A stretch of 64,000 bases of DNA, from the NCBI RefSeq assembly GCF_963921235.1, contig NC_086117.1, forward strand, positions 24,428,001 to 24,492,000, in the 5' to 3' direction. Under the pieces are notes generated by a model. That model was not told where the DNA came from, made no database searches, and saw nothing but the letters and a program-made list of their open reading frames with translations. The position numbers were made by a program, and so were the translations under genes. The stretch comes from Mobula hypostoma (taxonomy: Eukaryota). Shown here piece by piece: positions 25,678-38,826 of this stretch (position 1 is its first letter; the number at the start of each line of letters is the position of its first letter).

Positions 25678-25774
25678 GATGGAGTCAAGCTTCTGTGGTG
25701 CTGTTATAACGACATTCATAATAGAGAGTATCTAATCACACTCCTGGCTTGTACCTTTTAGCAGTCAGCTGGTG

Positions 25775-26472
25775 AGGCATGTCATGCAAGGTACAGCAGG
25801 TGGTGAAAAAGGCGAATGGTATGCTGGCATTTATAGCGAGAGGATTCAGGTACAGGAGCAGGGAGGTACTACTGCAGTTGTACAAGGCCTTGGTGAGACC
25901 ACACCTGGAGTATTGTGTGCAGTTTTGGTCCCCTAATCTGAGGAAAGACATCCTTGCCATAGAGGGAGTACAAAGAAGGTTCACCAGATTGATTCCTGGG
26001 ATGGCAGGACTTTCATATGAAGAAAGACTGGATGAACTAGGCTTATACTCGTTGGAATTTAGAAGATTGAGGGGGGATCTGATTGAAACGTATAAAATCC
26101 CAAAGGGATTGGACAGGCTAGATGCAGGAAGATTGTTCCCAATGTTGGGGAAGTCCAGAACGAGGGGTCACAGTTTGAGGATAAAGGGGAAGCCTTTTAG
26201 GATGGAGATTAGGAAAAACCTCTTCACACAGAGAGTGGTGAATCTGTGGAATTCTCTGCCACAGGAAACAGTTGAGGCCAGTTCATTGGCTATATTTAAG
26301 AGGGAGTTAGATATGGCCCTTGTGGCTACAGGGGTCAGGGGGTATGGAGGGAAGGCTGGTGCAGGGTTCTGAGTTGGATGATCAGCCATGATCATACTGA
26401 ATGGCGGTGCAGGCTCGAAGGGCCGAATGGCCTACTCCTGCACCTATTTTCTATGTTTCTATGTTTCTATGT
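25775..26472 (+). mobile_element. Young CR1 LINE 3' fragment with open ORF2 C-terminus
   Basis: Uninterrupted 197-aa ORF2 end (KKANGMLAFI...RPHLEYCVQFWSP...); (tttctatg)n tail. Confidence 0.95.
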
Positions 26473-28089
26473 ACCTAGTTTCTAATTTGCCTGTTCAGCT
26501 ATCTTTTATGTGGTTGGTCCAGATGAGACTCAGTTTAATGATAATACCATTTGATACAAAAGGAAGGTAGTTAGACTCTCTTGTAGGAGATGATTACTAC
26601 CTGACACAAATATTACTTGATTATCTGTTAAGATTTTGTTCACCAAAACATGGACAGTTTCACTTATTGAGGAGTTGCAAATGGAGTAATCGGCTAACAT
26701 CCCAATTCCTGACTTTATACAGAAGGAAGGTCAGTGAAGAAGCTGTTTGAAGCTATGCCACTGATCTCTCTCTCTGAGAGCTAGACAACCATATCCCATA
26801 ACGATTCTCTTTGTGCAAGGATTGATTTCCATCATGGGAGTGTTTAGCCCTTCAATACTTTTGACTTCAGTTTTACCAAGGCTCCTTGATGCCACACTCA
26901 AATCCTACCTTGATATCAAGGCTAGTTACTCTCATTTCACCTCTGGAGTTCAGCCGTTGTTTGACCAAGGTTCTGGTGAGGTCTGGAGCCGAGTCATTCC
27001 GACACTACGCAATCTGGGCATCAGCAAGGTCAATGTCAATTGAGTGGTAATTAACCATTGAGTGGTAATTAGTCCTGCCTTGGTGAACAAGATGTACCTG
27101 GGCAATCCCATCTTCTTCAATTTCCTTGATATCCCAGAATCCACTGATCACTGTTTTGAATGAACTTTGTAACCCCACAAACCACCTTGGTAGAGAATTG
27201 AGAAGGTTCCATATGAAGAAATTTTTCCTCATCCCAGCCCAAAATCACCCATCCATTATTCAAGGACTGAACCCTATTCCAGAAATTCCAGCCAGTAAAA
27301 ACATTCCCTGCATCTAGCCTGTCGAGCCCTTGAAAGAACCTTGTGGAACTCTGTTTTCATCAGGACTGTGGGCTGCTCACTTCTGCGTCTGTTGTTGCAG
27401 GCAGATTAACGAGGCTGAAGCCAGGCAGGGTTTTCCTTTACGTAAGGCCATTCACTACCTGCCCAATATCCCCATGGCTCTCCCACCAGCCAGATACATC
27501 GAGCGGAACTTACAGCAGTCCGACCGTTCTGTGGGAAGAGATACCAATCTCAGATGTTTGGTTTAGAGAATTTTGCAAAGTCGGCCGGTTTGGGAGTGGG
27601 CTTTTCCATATTCAGGCTCTCTGCTGAGGGAGATGCCAGGTAATCCAGACAGTTCTGCCTTTACTCTCTCTCAACATGGTGATGAGGGTACAACCAAATA
27701 GCATTTAAGCATCAAATATATTGGTGGGTCTGGGGTGACACAAGGAACAGACCAGGCAAGGATGGTGCAGTCCCTCCCCTGAAGAATACTAGGGCACAAG
27801 CCCCTGGGGACAGCTACTCTTCTGCGGTTTTTGTACCATAACACCAGAGGACCCAGCCTGGATTCACTACCACATTGCCTGTGCTTATCACCATGACAGC
27901 ACCCCCATCCCGGGAGCCAGCTCTCCCTGCCCTGGCACAGAACCTTGTGGGGGCTAGAGGAAAGTACAAGAGAGGCAAGCTTACACACAACTAAGGCAAG
28001 GGAGAGAATTGGCCATTCTGTCTGTCGATTCTCCCCTCCCGTGCTCCAGCTCCTGAGTTGTAAACCACTGTAAAGCACTGTCTGGGTCT

Positions 28090-28670
28090 GAGGCCTCCAT
28101 TGGTCAGAGCTGACCATGGTTATTGCTTCCTAGCTGTGTAGATGTGGAAGCCCGGGCAGTATGATATGGAGAGCAATCTGTAGCCCATGTAGCAGGCTCC
28201 CCCTCTCCATGCATCCGATGAACCTAAAGGAACGGCAGAGACTGATACAGTTCAGTACCAGCAGTTGCCAGTCAGCATTGAGCTCAATGTAGGACTGCCT
28301 TAGGGACTCCAGCACTTTTTCCTCAGGGTTTACTCCCAAAGCCTTCCTAAGTGGGAAGGCTTCCAGAGAGGGTACAGCCACAAGGCAGTGGAGGTTTGAG
28401 ATCAGAGTTTTCCTTCTCCTAGATGAGCTGCCAACCACAGCTGATGAGCCCCATCTGCCCGAAGTGGTTTTAAGGCGCCAGTAACCCACCTTTGCCCCTT
28501 CTCCTGTCCGTAGAAATGGTTCCGCCGGGCTTAGTAGCCAAGCCACACATGGAGGCCAGGAGCTGGACTTGGTTGTCAGAGGCAATTTGAGGTGCACGTC
28601 ATTGGGAACATTTAATAGGTAGTGGGAGTGGCTATTACCACCCCCGACTATAATAGCCTTCAGGAACCAG
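28090..28670 (-). repeat. Interspersed repeat, inverted relative of 17690-18175
   Basis: Reverse-complement similarity seen by eye. Confidence 0.55.
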
Positions 28671-30389
28671 CCCTGTATCTCTAATATATCTGAGCAATTT
28701 TTCCAAGACATTTGCCACCTTCTGATTAAAGGCTATCTGTTACAAGATATGATTCTAATTTACATTTCATTTATTTAGTTCAACTCATCCCGGGTTACAG
28801 CCTTCAGTAACAGTGAATAACTTTTCATGCATTTATAGTTTATATTAATGAACTGCTCTGCATATCCAGTGATTCTCATTTCCTCCAACCAGTACCCAAC
28901 ACCGTCCCTGCCTCTACCGTACACCAGCCGGCAACCTGCTTTACTTCTCGTACCTGCAACACCACAAATGGATTTCTTCTCAGCAGCACCCACAATGAAA
29001 CGAGATGTCTGCACCCAGATAAAAATTGTCTGGACACGCACTGTTTTGGGAACTGTCTCAGGGGGCTAGACAAGACCATTTAATATTCCAGACAAAACCA
29101 AGTGACCCCATGTCTATTTCAGGCATTTTGTGCTATTTGCCCTTCTCAGGGTTTGCCACTTTATTATTTCCTTCTGGCCTCTGCTTCAGCGAGACAACAC
29201 TGACTGTAGGCCCTGTATTTTCCATCTGAATTCAATTTGTGTTGTTTTGACAGGATGCTGACAAGACTAAAGTAGACGTGTGTGACGTACACAACAAGAC
29301 TAAACAGTAAGCTGTGCCCAACAGACGGGGCCTCCTTCCTCCATAAACTCCACCCTCACCAGAACTCAACTCCACCTACCCTAGCCGGAAACTCACGACC
29401 TCCTCAAAGCTCAAAGCCCATCGCTTCCCATGACAGATGCTCAGTAACCATATCGTCTCCGCGTGCACAGACGACCAATGCTCTTCCTTACGTGAACCAT
29501 AAGAAAACATTAAAGTGATTACCAAGCTCTTCTTGAATTCATTTTTCAAAATGTGGATGCGGTTAGCAAAGTCTGTATTTAATATTCACATTTAACTGTC
29601 CTCCAGTAGACGGTGAGAGGCAATTCTTGACCAGGTCCAAATGAACACTGACACCTTTCAATCTCTCATGATTTAAAACAAAATCTAATTTTCTTTTTCT
29701 GCCAATGTGGATGACCTTACATCTTCCCATATCATATTCCATCTGCCGTGTTTGTATGCCGTCTGTCTCCTCCTGCAGCCTCTCTGCATCCTTCTCTCAG
29801 TCCCACTAGATTTGTGTCAACAGCAAATTTGGACGTAATACATTGAATCCAAATTACTGATGTAAAATGGGTGTAGTGGGCCCCCAGTGCCAATCCCTGT
29901 AGCATCTAATCCATTTCACAACTTGAAAATGATCTGTTGATTCCTCCTCTTTGTTTTCTGCCTGTAGCCAATCACAAGTCCATGCCATCATTTCACCCCC
30001 AGTACTATATGCCCTACTTTTGTTCACTAACTCCTGACATGGCAGTTTTCCAAAAGCCTGCACGCACCCAATAAGTGAAGAGCATTCCATCCTCTTCCTG
30101 GCTTGCGTCTTGAAAAGGTGGTAAGATCCTAGGATGTCGGGAGGTGAGTTACCAAGCCTCTGATCAGCACCTGCGGCCACAGCATTCATATAATTGTCCT
30201 TTTGAGTCAGGGGCAACCTACAGGCTGTTGATGATGGGAATTTGGTGACGGTGATGTGACTGAATGTCGAAGTAGGGGACTAGATCTGGAGGTAGGTCAT
30301 TTATAACTGGAACAGTCCAGCACCACTGCCCTTCCTGTAGGCTTCTTGATTTCATACCAGAGAGAGGTGGACTGGCTGAAGACTGGCCA

Positions 30390-31700
30390 TGCGACTTGCC
30401 CTATTGATGCAGCTACAAAAAAAGGTACGGCTGTGGCTATATTTCATTAGGAGTTTAAGGAGATTTGGTATGTCACCTAAAACACTCTTGAATTTCTACA
30501 GATGTACCATGGAGAGCATTCCAACAGGCTACATCACTGTCTGGTATGGGGATGGGGGGTTGGCATGGAGGGCTACTGCACAGGATTGAAGGAAGCCGCC
30601 GAAAGTTGTAAACTTAGTCAGTTCTATCATGGGCACTGTCCTCCGTAGTATCCAGGACATCTCCAAGGGGAGATGACTCAAAAAGGCGGTGTCCATCATT
30701 AAGGACCCCCACCACCCAGGTCATGCCTTGTTCTCATTGCTACCATCAGGAAGGAGGTACAGGAGCCTGAAAGCACACACTCAGTGATTCAGGAACAGCT
30801 TCTTCCCCTCTGCCATCCAGTTTCTGAATGGACACTGAGCCCATGAACATGACCTCTCTGCTTTTCTACTTCCATTTTTGCACTACCACATTTTTGCGCA
30901 GCCACCTCGGTGATGATGTCTGTAATCTGTCAAGTAGGAGACCGTGCACAATCCTGATTTGATGGAGACAGACATGAGAGCATAGCGGAACATCTGGAAA
31001 ACTTCTGAAATGCCCGCTTCGCTGCCACTGCTACTGTGTGGTAACCGGAATCTCCGGAGTAGAAGGCCCCGAAATCCTCGGCTTTGCGTGTTTCAGCGGC
31101 CGGGGAGAGGTCGAAGGCGCTCGGCAGAGGATGGCACTCGGGAGGCTGTATTGGAGAGGCTGCTCGGAAGCTCAGAGTTTTCGGACGGATGGACTCAATG
31201 TCGGCTGGGGTCGGCTACTTCCAAGGTATCGGCAAATTGACGGTGCCTGGAGGTTTATGGCAGGGAGTTTCCCCCTTTTGCCGCCTGCTGTTGGGGACTC
31301 GGGAGTCGATCGACTCGGGACTTTGAGACTTTTTTTTACTGTGCCTATGGTCTGTTCTTTATCAAATTATGGTATTGCTTTGCACTGCTGTAAACTATAT
31401 GTTATAATTATGTGGTTCTGTCAGTGTTAGTCTTTGGTCTGTCCTGTTTTCTGTGATATCACTCCAGAGAAACATTGTATTATTTCTTAATGCATGTATG
31501 CATTTCTAAATGACAATAAAAGATGACTGAGTGTTCTCATAATCTAAATCTAAAAATCTAAATCTAAATCTTATTTAATCTAACCATTACACTTACTGAA
31601 GTTCACAGGCTTTTCCCCATTATTATGTATTGCATTGTGCTGCTGTCACAAAGTTAACAAGTTTCCCCACACATGCCGATGATATTAAACCTGAATCTGA
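30390..31700 (+). mobile_element. Rex1-like LINE 3' fragment with a nested ~680-bp insertion (30887-31570)
   Basis: RL.LYF.RSLRRFGMSPKTL.NFYRCT.ESI.TG.ITVWYG. The host tail ...gcactac|ttatttaat is split by a CpG-rich insert ending in aataaa and (aatcta)n. Confidence 0.75.
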
Positions 31701-32404
31701 TAGTGGAAGTCAAAGAGGCAGATTTTAAGGAAAACCCTGCCAAGAGCTTTGGAAGGAAATTCCGGAGTTTAGGAACTGGGTAACTGATCGTTCACTTATC
31801 CCAGTGGAGTAGAGGGGTTCGCAATGTGAATCTGAACCGGATGAAATTAAAGAAAGGGAGAGGACATGTGGCATTAAATGAGGATTCTTGACTCTTTCAT
31901 TATTTGTATTTCAAAAAAATCAGAGTCAAACTTCCAAGTCTTCTCTGCTTTTATGGTATAATTAGAATCCTAGCTGAACATGACATAATGGTTAGATCAT
32001 AACTGTTTTTAATTAAATCTGCAAAAGCAATACACTCCTCTAGATAAATCTGAAGCCGGTTACATTGGAATGCTCTCATTTTCAAATGCAAATCGTTATA
32101 ACAGTGATGGGCGCGAGAGCGATGAAATGCTTACAACCTGGAAATAGTATCATTAAAGTGAAGTCTAACTTAAAAGGACATGTTGTCACGTGGGTAGAGC
32201 TTCCCGACTGGGGAAGAAGTCTTTCATCTCCCATGGGAGGATATCCAGTCTCAACTTCCTCTGTATCAGAAACATTTGTAGAAACCTGCAGTGGATTTGC
32301 ACTGGTGGAATCTGTCCTTCTCAAATCCCCAGTCCAAAGAGAGGGAGAGGGTTAGAGATGCAGGACGAGAGGAAGAGACAGAGTTATGGATGGAAGTAGA
32401 GCAT

Positions 32405-32790
32405 TCAAAGTTCAAAGTAAATTTAGTGTCAAACAAAGTACACGTATGTTACCATATGCGAGCATTTACAGGAAAAACTTCAACAGAATTTACAAAAAAC
32501 TATACATAAACAGACAAAGATTGACAGACAACCAACGTGTCAAAGAAGTCAAACTGTGCAAATGAAAAATACTAGTAGCGGCAAATGAAATTATCCACAT
32601 GGTTCAGGGGCCGGATGATTGCAAGGTAATAAATGTTTCTGAATCTGGTGGTGTGGGACCGAAGGCATTCTGTACCTCCTGTCTGTCTGTAGCAAGAAGA
32701 CGGCGTAGCCTGGATGGTGAAGTCTTTGATGATGGATGCTGCTTTCTTGTGGCAGCGCTCCATGTAAATATATTCAACGGTGGGGAGGCT
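32405..32790 (-). mobile_element. Rex-type LINE 3' fragment
   Basis: IYMERCHKKAASIIKD...RSHTTRFRN; (tttgaac) tail. Confidence 0.65.
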
Positions 32791-33040
32791 TTGCTGTGAT
32801 GGATTGGACATTGCCTTGTTATTTTGTCTGTCTGCAATTTCAGCTTCTACCACAGCACCGGAACAGAGCAAAGGACTGCTGACTTTGATGAAGAAAAAAT
32901 ATCTCTTTTCAAACGATGGCATGGATGAGAAACGTCAGAGAAATGCTTTTCGTAATCATAGAACATCCCAAACACTCATCAGCCAAATGACCTACTTGTT
33001 TTCATTATTATCACACAGAACAAACATCACCATTGAAAGT

Positions 33041-33332
33041 TAAGACCTTAAGATATAGGAGCAGGATTAGGCCATTTGGCCCATTGAGTCTGCACCCCCA
33101 TTTCATCAAGGCCAATCCAAGTTTCCTCTCAACCCCAATCTCCTGACTTCTCCCTTTATCCTTTCATGCCCTAACCAATCAAGAATCTATCAACTTCTGC
33201 CTTAAATATGCATAAAGACTTGGCCTCCACAGCTGCCTGTGGCAAAGAATTCCACTGATTCACCACCCTCTGGCTAAAGAAATTCCTCCTCATCTCCGTT
33301 CTAAATGGATGCCTCTCTATTCTGAGGCTATG
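33041..33332 (-). mobile_element. CR1 3' terminus
   Basis: Reverse complement of the CR1 ORF2 end and 3' UTR; same family as 46307-48110. Confidence 0.8.
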
Positions 33333-33804
33333 TCACACAGAAGAAAAGTCAGAGTGGTAGCACTGGTTGCAAGTTAAATACTGCCATGGAGCAGATTGAA
33401 TCTCTCCATTCTTCAGAATAGTTATTAGCATCTTTCCCATCTACCCAAGAGGAATAGCAATTGATGATTTGTTTGATAGATAGTCCCCGAGATAATGAAG
33501 CCCTCAGTTCTGCACTGCAGTGTGAACCAAGATTACATGTGGACTGAGTTTAACATTCAGCTGGTAAAGGGATTTAACCAGCTCCTTTCAATAAGTGAAT
33601 CAGGTTCAAGAAGAGTAGTGAGGTTTCATTATTATTTTAACTTGAAGCAGTGGGGTAAACATAATGCAATTTGCCTCCTCCCTGGGCTGAAGCAAGTCGT
33701 TTCTGTACAGATCATACCTTCCCCAGAAGAGATCCCAATGACAAAGAAATCTGAAACCCTACCCCCTGCACCAATCCCTTAGCCACATATTTATCTGTGG
33801 GCAG

Positions 33805-35262
33805 CCGCAAGGCTGCGGGACTGGATGGCATCCCAGGGCGGGAAATCAGGGTGTGCGAGGCACAACTGGCAGGTGTGTTTACCGACATTTTTAACTCCTC
33901 TCTCTCCCAGTGCAGAGTGCCCTCTGTTTCAAAACATCCCGTTGTTCCCGAGTAACATGTCTGAACGACTGGTGTCCTGTCGCACTCACATCAATAATAA
34001 GCAAATGCTTTGAGAGGCTGGTCAAGGACCACATCTGCAGCTTGCTGCCACCCCAAACTGGACCCCCTACAATTCATCTACCAACACAACTGATCGACAG
34101 ATGATGCAGTAGCCACAGCTCTACACACCGTCTTTACACATCTGCAGAGGAGGGATGCTTATGTGAGAATGCTGTTCTTGGACTACAGTTCAGCATTCAA
34201 CACCATAATTCCCTCCAGGCTCGACAAGAAGCTCAGAGACCTCCGCCTTCACCCTGCCTTGTGTAGCTGGATCCTGGATGTCCTGTCAGATCGCCGGCAG
34301 GTGGTAAGAGTGGGCTCCCTCTGACCCTCAACACAGGAGCCCCTCAGGGCTGTGTCCTAAGCCCCCTCCTTTACTCTCTGTACATCCATGACTGTGTCGT
34401 CACCCACAGCTCCAATCTGCTAATTAAATTTGCCTACAATACTACATTGACTGGTCTTATCTCAAACAATAACGAGGCAGCCTACAGAGAAGAAGTCATC
34501 AACCTGACACAGTGGTGTCAAGAAAACAACCTCTCCCTCAACGTTGCAAAAACAAAGGAGCTGATTGTGGACTGCATGAGGGATGGAGATAGGCTAAGCC
34601 TATTAACGTTAATGGATCTGGGGTTGAGAGGGTAAATGACTTGGCATGCACATCACCGAGGATTTCACATGGTCTGTACATACTGGCTGTGTGGTGATAA
34701 AAGCACAACAGCGCCTCTTTCACCTCAGATATTTGAAGAAGTTTGGTATTGGCCACCATATCCTAAGAACTTTCTACAGGGGCACAATTGAGAGCATCCT
34801 GACTGGCTGCATCACTGCCTGGTATGGGAACTGCACTTCCCTCAATCGCAGGGCTCTGCAGAGTGGTGTGGACAGCCCAGCGCATCTGCAGATGTGAACT
34901 TCCCACTATTCAAGACATTTACAGAGATAGGTGTGTTAAAAGGGCCTGAAGGATCATTGGGGACCCGAGTCACTCCAACCACAAACTGTTCCAGCTGCTA
35001 CCATCCAGGAAACGGTACCGCAGCATAAAAGCCAGGACCAATAAGCTCCGGGACAGCTTCTTCCACCAGGTCATCAGACTGATTAACTCACGCTGATACA
35101 ATTGTATTTCTGTGCTATATTGACTGTCCGGTTGTACATACTATTTATTACAAATTACTATAAATTATACATTGCGCATTCAGGCGGAGATGTAATGTAA
35201 AGAATTTTACGCTTCATGTATGTGAAGGATGTAAGAAATAAGGTTAAGTCAATTCAATTCAA
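33805..35262 (+). mobile_element. Rex1/Babar-type LINE RT region to 3' end, frameshifted
   Basis: [59 protein letters not shown]; (ttcaa)n tail. Confidence 0.9.
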
Positions 35263-35284
35263 ATTATCCTACTCATATCCTCAA

Positions 35285-36010
35285 TGGAATGTGGCACAGG
35301 CAAAAAATCCAGAGATCGCTACCCTTCAGATCCTGCTTTTCAGTTTTCTACCTAACTCCCTCTGTTGTCTCTTCAGGACCTCAGCCCTTTTCCTACGTAT
35401 GTCGTTGGTACCATACCAATATGCACCACCGCTTCTGAATGTTCACCCTCCCCCTTCAGAATGCTGTGGACTCGATCCGAGACATCCCTGACCCTCGCAC
35501 CTGGGAGGCAACGTACCATCTAGGTGCCTCTTTCATGTCTACCAAATCCTGTCTGCCCCTCTGATTATAGAATCTCCTAGCACTATTCTTCTCCCCCAAC
35601 CACCACCCCTTCTGAGCCACAGTGCTAGAGATCTAGTCACTGAAGCTTCTCCCAGTAGATTGTCTCTTCCCACCAACAGCATCCAGAGCAGTAGGTTTAT
35701 TATGGAGGTGAATGGCCACAGACATACGCTATACTGGCTATCTATTCCTCTCCAGACAGACACCCAGGTACCTGCTGCCTGCAACTTAGGGGGCGACTAC
35801 CTCCCTGTAGCTCTTGTCTATCACCTTCTCATTCTCCTATACAAGGCGATTGTCATCCAGATGCAGATCCAATTCTTTAACACAGTCTCTAGGGAGCTGC
35901 AGCTCGATGCACTCCGTGCAGATGCAGTTTCCAGGGAACCTGGAGGTCTCCCAGAGTTCCATCTCACACAAAGAACATACAGCAAACCCTGGGTCCATTC
36001 TCACTGCATT
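35285..36010 (-). mobile_element. CR1 ORF1 remnant (SGNH/GDSL esterase and Cys-rich region)
   Basis: IVLGDSIIRGADR motif, with an upstream C..C plus coiled-coil-like segment. Confidence 0.7.
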
Positions 36011-36744
36011 AATGATGTCCTAATAGACAAAGAAAGAGAGAAAAAAAAACATACTATGTACCTACTTAGAGCCTCTGCCAGTTCTTGCCTAAGCCTATTG
36101 AGCCAAAGCCTGACCACTCTAACCCTGGTCCATATCCACAATAACGTCTCCTAGAATCTAAACTTCACTTCTTTTTATTTTCTCAAATAAGACTCACTCC
36201 CAATGAAATACGTTTTTAAATGGATCCCGCTCTCTCCCTCGCTGCTTCAAATTATGATGAAGTAGGACGCGGTATATTCTCAAGAACTGGGCAGAGAGAC
36301 AGAAGAGGCCCATAGTTTAGTCTTCTTCCATGTCTAAGAGCCACTTCCCGTACCCACAGTTATACAGGAATGTAGCTAAACTCACAGCAAGTTCGAAGTC
36401 AGCTGTTCGGTTTACATGTCTGAAGTGGCCCAAGCACAGCAGGGCGATCTTGTATATTGCTTGTCTTTACAGCTGCTTTAATAATTTATATTACTTTCAG
36501 GGTGAGACAAACATGTTAGAGTTCGCTGTTATAAGCCCAAATATAAGAAGATAGGGTCAATTTAAACAAACAACATTTGTTTTCTCTGCAGCTTGGGTCT
36601 TGGCCTCCTGGAGTCCAGGAAGGGCTTTGATAAGATTCTTGTTTCCTTTTGCATATTAAACATTAGTATGGAGTATGGAGCTGTGCAAGGCAGCAGGTAG
36701 GTGACGTACTTCAGAAGTGTGGCATTGGGTGATAAATACTCCAG

Positions 36745-37135
36745 TTCTTATGAGGGGGATCTTGCTGAAACCTATTGAATATTGAAAGGCCTAAAAGGAG
36801 TAGATGTGGAGAGGATATTTCCTATAGTGGGCGAATCTAAGGCCAGAGAGCACAGCCTCAGATTAGAAGGACGTCCCTTTACAACAGAGATGAGGAGGAA
36901 TATTTTTATATAAAGGGAGGTGAATCTGTGGAATTCATTGTCACAGGCAGCTACGGAGGCCAAGTCGTTGAGTATATTTAAAACAGAAGTTGAGAGGTTC
37001 ATGATTAGTCAGGGCATCAAAGTTTACAGGGAAAAGGCAGGAGAATGGGTTGAAAGGGTTAATAAATTAGGCATGATGGACTGGTGAGCAGACTTGATGG
37101 GCCGAATGACATAATTGTGCCCAGTGTCTTATTCC
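36745..37135 (+). mobile_element. CR1 3' fragment
   Basis: atgagggggatctt...gtgaatctgtggaattc...gatgggccgaat. Confidence 0.85.
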
Positions 37136-37349
37136 TTTATGATGCTCCTTAACACCCACCTCCACAACCAAGGTTTCTTTTAGCATGTTTCCTAATAATT
37201 CTCGTGTGCCACAGTTCCCGAGACTGGATTGCATAGAGGGAGAGAGAGTTTAAAAGACGTGAGCACATTGTGTGCACCACAGTTCCTGAGGAGACATTGG
37301 ATTGTGCATAAACAAGTACTTGGCAAGATTCAAAAAGAAGAATTTGGAA

Positions 37350-38190
37350 TTAGGAGGAATGACCATTTTGGGAGTGGGCCTGTGTTAGAGTGGGGAGTTG
37401 AGGCTTTGGCTCATCAAGGCTACGGCAATGAGAGGTGTGAGCCAAAGGTAGATTTCCTTTTCATTATTTATTCTTTCTTCGTGCACATTTAAAGCAGTGG
37501 GGATGCCAGGCGGGATAGTGGAACACTCCTCTTGCAGGACGTAGGAAGGCAGGGAGACCTCCAGTGTCCCTGACATCCATATGCACAAGAAGTGCATCTA
37601 ACAGACCGTGTTAAGGAGTTGGAGCTAGAGCCTGGATGAACTCCAGATCATTTGGGAGGCTGCAGGGTTGATAAGCAGGACATAGAAGGAGGTTGTTACA
37701 CCCAAGGTGCAGGACACTGGTAAGTGGGTGACTGCCAGGAGGGGGAAAGGGAATAGGCAGACAGGGCAGGGTCTGGTCCCCTCATTGGCAGGCTTGGATA
37801 CTGCTGGGAGCGGGGTATGACCTAGCAGAGGTCAGGTCTCTGGCCTCTGTGGCTCAGAAGAGAAGGGAAGAGAAGAGGTGAGTTGTAGTGACAGGGGATC
37901 AGAAAGGAGGTTCTGTGGATGATAACAAAATTCCCAGATGATTTGTTGCCTCCTGGCTGCCAGGGTCAGGGACATTTCAGATCGAGTCCATAGGATTCTT
38001 AAGTGGGAGGTGATCAGCCAGCGGTCGTGGTCCACGTTGGTAGCAATGACATGGATAGAAGGGATGACATGGTCCTTCCATGAGTTCATGGAGTCAGGTG
38101 CAAGGTAAAGAACAGGATCTTGAGGGTTATGGCCTCAAGATTGCTACTCACACCACATGCCACTGAGCCCAGAAACAGGAAGATCATACA
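37350..38190 (+). mobile_element. CR1 5' UTR/ORF1 remnant
   Basis: Degenerate ORF1 start (VE.SSC...RET.SVPD...KKC) and the esterase-region nucleotide block tgttgcctcctggctgccagggtcagggac. Confidence 0.6.
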
Positions 38191-38199
38191 TTTTAACGT

Positions 38200-38668
38200 G
38201 TGGCCATATTGCTGCCTGGTATGCAAACTGTACTTCCCTCGATCGCAGGACTCTGCAGAGAGTGGTGCGGACAGCCCAGTGCATCTGTAGATGTGGACTT
38301 CCCACTATTCAGGACATTTACAGAGACAGGTGTGTTAAAAGGGCCCAAAGGATCATTGAAGACCCGAGTCACCCCAACCACAAACTGTTCCAGCTGCTAC
38401 CATCCAGGAAACGGTACCGCAGCATAAAGGCCTGGACCAACAGGCTCCAGGACAGCTTCTTCCACCAGGCCATCAGACTGATTAATTCATGCTGATACAA
38501 TTGTATTTCTAAGCTTTATTGACTGTTCTGTTGTATATCTTACTGAACATACAATTTATTACAAATTACTATGATTGCACATTGCACATTCAGACGAAGA
38601 CATTACATAAAGATTTTTACTCCTCATAAATGTGAAGGATGTAAGAAATAAAGTCAATTTAATTCAAT
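38200..38668 (+). mobile_element. Rex1-type LINE 3' end, close relative of 34800-35262
   Basis: HPNHKLFQLLPSRKRYRSIKA.TNRLQDSFFHQAIRLIN; same tail. Confidence 0.88.
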
Positions 38669-38826
38669 TAAGAGAAATTCAGATAGGTACAGGGAGGAAA
38701 ATAAAGGGCTATGGTCCAGGTGCAGGTCGATGGAACTAAGCAGATTAATGGTTCTGCACTGACTGGATGGGCCGAAGGGCCTGTTTCATTGCTATGACAC
38801 TGAGCAGTGCTATGATCCACATATAT

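Noticed and set aside
27040-27072. 18-bp tandem duplication ttgagtggtaattaacca
   Set aside because: A simple local slippage duplication in a decayed repeat region with no further structure.
34646-34897. Possible host gene from the KAQQRLFHLR motif (DUF1891, often labelled ALKBH8-like)
   Set aside because: It is the region downstream of the RT in a Rex1-type LINE and recurs several times in the window.
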